DNA of 64,000 nucleotides from Escherichia coli (GTDB lineage Bacteria; Pseudomonadota; Gammaproteobacteria; Enterobacterales; Enterobacteriaceae): NCBI RefSeq assembly GCF_044647545.1, contig NZ_CP172818.1; one strand, 5' to 3'. Shown piece by piece: positions 61,725 to 64,000 of this stretch (position 1 is its first letter; each line of letters starts with the position of its first letter). The notes under the pieces were generated by a model. It saw only the letters and a program-made list of their open reading frames with translations, ran no database searches and was not told where the DNA came from. The position numbers and the translations under genes were made by a program.

Positions 61725-64000
61725 ATGAGTGTGATTGCGCAGGCAGGGGCGAAAGGTCGTCAACTGCATAAATTTGGTGGCAGTAGTCTGGCTGATGTGA
61801 AGTGTTATTTGCGTGTCGCGGGCATTATGGCGGAGTACTCTCAGCCTGACGATATGATGGTGGTTTCCGCCGCCGGTAGCACCACTAACCAGTTGATTAA
61901 CTGGTTGAAACTAAGCCAGACCGATCGTCTCTCTGCGCATCAGGTTCAACAAACGCTGCGTCGTTATCAGTGCGATCTGATTAGCGGCCTGCTACCCGCT
62001 GAAGAAGCCGATAGCCTCATTAGCGCTTTTGTCAGCGATCTGGAACGCCTGGCGGCGCTGCTCGACAGCGGTATTAACGATGCGGTGTATGCGGAAGTGG
62101 TGGGCCACGGTGAAGTGTGGTCGGCGCGCCTGATGTCTGCGGTACTTAATCAACAAGGGCTGCCAGCGGCCTGGCTTGATGCCCGCGAGTTTTTACGCGC
62201 TGAACGCGCCGCGCAGCCGCAGGTTGATGAAGGGCTTTCTTACCCGTTGCTGCAACAGCTACTGGTACAACATCCGGGCAAACGTCTGGTGGTGACCGGG
62301 TTTATCAGCCGTAACAACGCCGGTGAAACGGTGCTGCTGGGGCGTAACGGTTCCGACTATTCCGCGACACAAATCGGTGCGCTGGCGGGTGTTTCTCGCG
62401 TAACCATCTGGAGCGACGTCGCCGGGGTATATAGCGCCGACCCGCGTAAAGTGAAAGATGCCTGCCTGCTGCCGTTGCTGCGTCTTGATGAAGCCAGTGA
62501 ACTGGCGCGTCTGGCGGCCCCCGTTCTTCACGCCCGTACTTTACAGCCAGTATCCGGTAGTGAAATCGACCTGCAACTGCGCTGTAGCTACACGCCGGAT
62601 CAAGGTTCCACGCGCATTGAACGCGTGCTGGCTTCCGGTACTGGCGCGCGTATTGTCACCAGCCACGATGATGTCTGTTTGATTGAGTTTCAGGTGCCTG
62701 CCAGTCAGGATTTCAAACTGGCGCATAAAGAGATCGACCAAATCCTGAAACGTGCTCAGGTGCGCCCACTGGCGGTTGGCGTACATAACGATCGCCAGTT
62801 GCTGCAATTTTGCTACACCTCGGAAGTGGCCGATAGTGCGCTGAAAATTCTCGACGAAGCGGGATTACCTGGCGAACTGCGCCTGCGTCAGGGGCTGGCG
62901 CTGGTGGCGATGGTTGGGGCGGGCGTAACCCGTAACCCGCTGCATTGCCACCGCTTCTGGCAGCAACTGAAAGGCCAGCCGGTCGAATTTACCTGGCAGT
63001 CCGATGACGGCATCAGCCTGGTGGCAGTACTGCGCACCGGGCCGACCGAAAGCCTGATTCAGGGTCTGCATCAGTCCGTCTTTCGCGCGGAAAAACGCAT
63101 CGGCCTGGTATTGTTCGGCAAGGGCAATATCGGTTCCCGCTGGCTGGAACTGTTCGCCCGTGAGCAGAGCACGCTTTCGGCGCGTACCGGCTTTGAATTT
63201 GTGCTGGCAGGCGTGGTGGACAGCCGCCGCAGCCTGTTGAGCTATGACGGGCTGGACGCCAGCCGCGCGTTAGCCTTCTTCAACGATGAAGCGGTCGAGC
63301 AGGATGAAGAGTCGCTGTTCCTGTGGATGCGCGCCCATCCGTATGATGATTTAGTGGTGCTGGACGTTACCGCCAGCCAGCAGCTTGCTGATCAGTATCT
63401 CGATTTTGCCAGCCACGGTTTCCACGTCATCAGCGCCAACAAACTGGCGGGAGCCAGCGACAGCAATAAATATCGCCAGATCCACGACGCCTTCGAAAAA
63501 ACCGGGCGTCACTGGCTGTACAATGCCACTGTCGGTGCGGGTTTGCCGATCAACCATACCGTGCGCGATCTGATCGACAGCGGCGATACCATTTTGTCGA
63601 TCAGTGGGATCTTCTCTGGCACGCTCTCCTGGCTGTTCCTGCAATTCGACGGTAGCGTGCCGTTTACCGAGCTGGTGGATCAGGCGTGGCAGCAGGGCTT
63701 AACCGAGCCTGATCCGCGTGATGACCTTTCCGGCAAAGACGTGATGCGCAAGCTGGTGATTCTGGCGCGTGAAGCGGGTTACAACATTGAACCGGACCAG
63801 GTGCGTGTTGAATCACTGGTGCCAACCCATTGCGAAGGTGGAAGCATCGACCATTTCTTTGAAAATGGCGATGAACTTAATGAGCAGATGGTACAACGGT
63901 TGGAAGCGGCCCGTGAAATGGGGCTGGTGTTGCGCTACGTGGCGCGTTTCGATGCCAACGGCAAAGCGCGAGTAGGCGTGGAAGCGGTGCGAGAAGACCA
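61725..64000 (+). CDS. metL: Bifunctional aspartokinase II / homoserine dehydrogenase II, 3'-truncated by the window edge
   Basis: ATG at 61725 three nt after the metB stop; frame stays open to the end of the window (no ORF-track stop in this frame); N-terminus MSVIAQAGAKGRQLHKFGGSSL. Confidence 0.85.
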   Translation, partial: MSVIAQAGAKGRQLHKFGGSSLADVKCYLRVAGIMAEYSQPDDMMVVSAAGSTTNQLINWLKLSQTDRLSAHQVQQTLRRYQCDLISGLLPAEEADSLISAFVSDLERLAALLDSGINDAVYAEVVGHGEVWSARLMSAVLNQQGLPAAWLDAREFLRAERAAQPQVDEGLSYPLLQQLLVQHPGKRLVVTGFISRNNAGETVLLGRNGSDYSATQIGALAGVSRVTIWSDVAGVYSADPRKVKDACLLPLLRLDEASELARLAAPVLHARTLQPVSGSEIDLQLRCSYTPDQGSTRIERVLASGTGARIVTSHDDVCLIEFQVPASQDFKLAHKEIDQILKRAQVRPLAVGVHNDRQLLQFCYTSEVADSALKILDEAGLPGELRLRQGLALVAMVGAGVTRNPLHCHRFWQQLKGQPVEFTWQSDDGISLVAVLRTGPTESLIQGLHQSVFRAEKRIGLVLFGKGNIGSRWLELFAREQSTLSARTGFEFVLAGVVDSRRSLLSYDGLDASRALAFFNDEAVEQDEESLFLWMRAHPYDDLVVLDVTASQQLADQYLDFASHGFHVISANKLAGASDSNKYRQIHDAFEKTGRHWLYNATVGAGLPINHTVRDLIDSGDTILSISGIFSGTLSWLFLQFDGSVPFTELVDQAWQQGLTEPDPRDDLSGKDVMRKLVILAREAGYNIEPDQVRVESLVPTHCEGGSIDHFFENGDELNEQMVQRLEAAREMGLVLRYVARFDANGKARVGVEAVRED

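Overview
This window reads as a contiguous Escherichia coli (K-12-like) chromosomal segment, gene order yihR-yihS-yihT-yihU / yihV-csqR-yihX-yihY-dtd-yiiD / decayed islet / fdhE-fdoIHG / fdhD-yiiG / frvRXBA / rhaM-rhaDAB / rhaSR / rhaT / sodA-kdgT-yiiM / cpxAR / cpxP-fieF-pfkA-sbp-cdh / tpiA-yiiQ / yiiR-yiiS-uspD / fpr-glpXKF / zapB / rraA-menA-hslUV-ftsN-cytR-priA / rpmE / yiiX-metJ / metB-metL (partial). Calls come from the supplied ORF track plus my recognition of the encoded proteins and their expected lengths; no database search or alignment was run, and gene symbols are from memory. Most ORF-track entries over-extend at the 5' end because the track accepts GTG/TTG starts; I trimmed starts where I recognised the N-terminus. 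About 60 core genes look intact. Things not explained by ordinary gene content: (1) a ~600 bp almost pure homopurine (A/G) tract at 24527-25132 between the frv promoter region and the 3' end of rhaM, which is the most anomalous feature and may be either a genuine simple-sequence insertion or a consensus/assembly artefact; (2) a decayed accessory islet between yiiD and fdhE holding a frameshifted alpha/beta-hydrolase remnant, a higB-like toxin with a 1-nt frameshift next to an intact HTH antitoxin, one small ribbon-helix-helix gene, and a 21-bp motif present three times; (3) rhaT split by a 1-nt deletion while the rest of the rhamnose regulon is intact; (4) a tandem REP/BIME array between rhaD and rhaA whose distal copies carry many small deletions. 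The interrupted fdoG reading frame is a selenocysteine UGA, not a defect. No rRNA, tRNA, CRISPR array, transposase or integrase was seen.
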